Positions 61,327 through 64,000 of a stretch of DNA of 64,000 nucleotides are shown here, one piece after another. A model generated the notes under the pieces. It saw nothing but the letters and a program-made list of their open reading frames with translations, was not told the origin of the DNA and searched no databases. How positions within the stretch are numbered: position 1 is the stretch's first letter; every line of letters begins with the position of its first letter. Made by a program: the position numbers and the translations under genes. The stretch is from Squalus acanthias (taxonomy: Eukaryota): the NCBI GenBank assembly GCA_030390025.1, contig CM059425.1, positions 162,876,001-162,940,000 on the forward strand. The letters are read 5' to 3'.

Positions 61327-64000
61327 CATACATAGATACATAGATACATAGAAGATAGGAGCAGGAGTAGGCCATCCGGCCCTTCGAGCCTGCTCCGCCA
61401 TTTAATGAGATCATGGCTGATCCTTCAATTCAGTATCCCGTCCCCGCCTTCTCTCCGTAACCCTTAACCCCTTTTGCCTGTAGAAATATATCTAATTCCC
61501 TCTTAAATATATTTAATGAGCTGGCGTACACTGCCCTCTGTGGCAATGAGTTCCACAGGTTCACCACTCTCTGAGTGAAGAAATTCCCCCTCATTTCTGT
61601 CCTAAATGGTTTAGCCCTTATCCTTAAATTATGTCCTCTAGTTCTGTTCTCACCCGCCAAGGGAAACATTCCTTCTGCATCTAATCTGTCTAGACCTGTC
61701 AGAATTTTATACACTTCTATGAGGTCCCCTCTCAATCTTCTAAACTCCAGTGTGTACATCCCTAAACTACATAGTCTCTCCTCATAGGTCAATCCCGCCA
61801 TTCCTGGTATCAGCCTGGTGAATCGCCGCTGCACCCCCTCCATGGCAAGAACATCTTTCCTCAGATGAGGCGACCAAAACTGTACACAGTACTCGAGGTG
61901 TGGTCTCACCAGTGCCCTGTACAGCTGCAGCAAGGTATCCCTGTTCCTGTATTCCAACCCTTTTGCTATGAAGGCCAGCATACCGTTTGCCTTCTTGACC
62001 GCCTGTTGCACCTGCATGCTCGCCTTCAGTGACTGGTGTACAAGAACACCCAGGTCTCTCTGTACTTCCCCCTCTCCCAATTTATTGCCATTTAAATAAT
62101 AATTTGCCCTCCCGTTCCTGCACCCAAGGTGGATAACTTCGCACTTGTCCACATTATAGTGCATCTGCCATTTATCCGCCCAATCACCCAGTCTGTCCAA
62201 ATCGCTCTGGAGCTTCCTGGTCTCCTCCTCTGAGCCCACCCCCCCTCCTAGTTTAGTGTCGTCTGCAAATTTGGAAATGCTGCATTCGACTCCCTGATCC
62301 AGGTCATTAATATAAATTGTGAACAGCTGGGGACCCAGGACAGATCCCTGTGGTACCCCACTTGTTACTGCCTGCCATTCAGAAAATGAGCCGTTTATTC
62401 CAACTCTCTGTTTTCTATCTGACAGCCAGTTCTCTATCCACGTCAATACTTTCCCCTTTATCCCATGAGCTTCAATTTTCCATGCTAATCTTTTATGTGG
62501 GACCTTATCGAAGGCCTTTTGGAAGTCCAGGTACACCACATCTACTGGCTCTCCCCCATCTATTTTACCCGTTACTCCCTCAAAAAATTCCAATAGATTA
62601 GTCAAGCACGATTTACCCTTTGTAAATCCATGTTGACTCTGTCCTATCCTGTCCCCATTTGCTAAGTGCTCGGCTATTTCATCCTTAATGATGGACTCCA
62701 GCATTTTGCCCACAACTGATGTAAGGCTTACAGGTCTGTAATTACCTGCTTTTTCCCTACCCCCCTTTTTGAATAGTGGGGTAACGTTAGCTACCCTCCA
62801 ATCCATGGGCACTGTTCCTGAGTCTAATGAATTCTGAAAAATCATGCTTAGTGCATCCGCTATCTCTAGGGCCACCTCCTTCAGTACCCTAGGATGCATG
62901 TTATCAGGCCCTGGGGATTTGTCCGCCTTCAATCCCTTTAGCTTCCTTAACACCATATCCTTAGAGATATTGATTTGCGTCAGTTCCTCCTTTGCCAATG
63001 TCCCTATTTTTCCCGATATCCCAGGGAGGTTTTTTGTGTCTTCCTTCGTAAAGACTGACCCAAAGTATGCATTTAGTTGGTCTGCCATTTCCTTATTTCC
63101 CATTATATATTCCCCCGTATCTGACTGCAATGGACCAACTTTGGTTTTCACCAGTCTTTTCCTCTTGATATACTTATAAAAGCTTTTGGAGTTAGTTTTT
63201 ATATTTTCCGCCAGCTTGCTTTCGTAAGCTATTTTGCCCTTCTTGATTAAGCCCTTTGCCCTCCTTTGCTCTATCTTAAACTGTTCCCAATCTTCCGCTC
63301 TGGCGCGTTTTTTGGCTATTTTATACGCCCTATCTTTGGATTTTATGCTGTCTCTAATTTCCCCTGTTATCCACGGTTGAGTCACCTTTTTAGATTTCCT
63401 TTTATGCCAGATTGGTATAAACAATTTTTGCAATTTTGTCATTCTATCTTTAAATGCTTGCCATTGTTTATCTACCTCCAGTCCTCCCAGGAACGTTGTC
63501 CAATCAGACCTACTCAGTTCCCGTCTAATGGCATCATAATTCCCCTTGTTTAAATTCAGGACCTGAGTCTCTGAGTCAATTTCTTCGCTCTCCATTTCGA
63601 GTGAGAAATCGATCATGTTATGATCGCTCTGACCCAAGGGTCCCCGTACAACAAGATTACTAATTAGTCCCTTCTCATTGCACAGTACCCAGTCCAATAT
63701 AGCCTGTTCCCGAGTTGGTTCCTCGACATATTGATCCAGATAACCATCCCTTAAACACTCAAGGAATTCCTCCTCCTCATTATTTTTACTGATTAGGCTA
63801 GTCCAATCTATATGTAAGTTAAAGTCACCTATGATGACAGCTGTGCTCTTATTGCACGCTTCTCTAATTTCCCTCGTGATGCCCTCCCCAACCTCTATTT
63901 TACTATTTGGAGGCCTATATACCACTCCTATTAATGTTTTTCGCCCCTCGCTATTTCTTAGCTCCACCCATATAGATTCTGTATTAACTGAGTTAATATC
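61327..64000 (-). mobile_element. Young CR1 LINE; continues beyond the right edge
   Basis: 3'UTR and (tatctatg)n tail at ~61327-61355 abutting the Harbinger fragment. Confidence 0.97.
61430..63967 (-). CDS. CR1 ORF2 (AP endonuclease plus reverse transcriptase), uninterrupted; true start lies outside the window
   Basis: 845 aa without a stop; VYRPP, GDFN, SDH, KSPGPD, YRPVSLTS, LDFQKAFD, PQGSVLGP and FADD motifs. Confidence 0.96.
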   Translation of the reverse strand: MELRNSEGRKTLIGVVYRPPNSKIEVGEGITREIREACNKSTAVIIGDFNLHIDWTSLISKNNEEEEFLECLRDGYLDQYVEEPTREQAILDWVLCNEKGLISNLVVRGPLGQSDHNMIDFSLEMESEEIDSETQVLNLNKGNYDAIRRELSRSDWTTFLGGLEVDKQWQAFKDRMTKLQKLFIPIWHKRKSKKVTQPWITGEIRDSIKSKDRAYKIAKKRARAEDWEQFKIEQRRAKGLIKKGKIAYESKLAENIKTNSKSFYKYIKRKRLVKTKVGPLQSDTGEYIMGNKEMADQLNAYFGSVFTKEDTKNLPGISGKIGTLAKEELTQINISKDMVLRKLKGLKADKSPGPDNMHPRVLKEVALEIADALSMIFQNSLDSGTVPMDWRVANVTPLFKKGGREKAGNYRPVSLTSVVGKMLESIIKDEIAEHLANGDRIGQSQHGFTKGKSCLTNLLEFFEGVTGKIDGGEPVDVVYLDFQKAFDKVPHKRLAWKIEAHGIKGKVLTWIENWLSDRKQRVGINGSFSEWQAVTSGVPQGSVLGPQLFTIYINDLDQGVECSISKFADDTKLGGGVGSEEETRKLQSDLDRLGDWADKWQMHYNVDKCEVIHLGCRNGRANYYLNGNKLGEGEVQRDLGVLVHQSLKASMQVQQAVKKANGMLAFIAKGLEYRNRDTLLQLYRALVRPHLEYCVQFWSPHLRKDVLAMEGVQRRFTRLIPGMAGLTYEERLCSLGMYTLEFRRLRGDLIEVYKILTGLDRLDAEGMFPLAGENRTRGHNLRIRAKPFRTEMRGNFFTQRVVNLWNSLPQRAVYASSLNIFKRELDIFLQAKGVKGYGEKAGTGY

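Overview
Repeat-dense vertebrate DNA, most likely from a cartilaginous fish (inferred from HE1-type and Deu-domain SINEs and HER1/CR1-type LINE tails). I could not identify any host protein-coding gene with confidence. The window is dominated by CR1 LINEs, including an uninterrupted 845-aa ORF2 running off the right edge, and by a dense population of PIF/Harbinger DNA transposons: decayed two-gene copies (DDE transposase plus a spliced Myb/SANT-like gene), deletion derivatives and many MITEs with 3-bp TSDs. It also holds a solo LTR, several SINEs and Penelope-type repeats with minimal hammerhead ribozyme cores. Higher-order structures are: (i) two Harbinger copies fused tail-to-tail (6318-12187); (ii) an old inverted duplication with a near-identical core but diverged edges (22107-26837); (iii) a recent ~8 kb direct duplication with a foreign spacer and a different microhomology-flanked deletion in each copy, which also duplicates a CpG-rich promoter/first-exon-like segment; (iv) a 91-bp hammerhead-containing insertion with a 9-bp TSD and an empty site in a sister element. 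A few unidentified exon-like segments on the minus strand are speculative. All identities were judged by eye; no searches were run.
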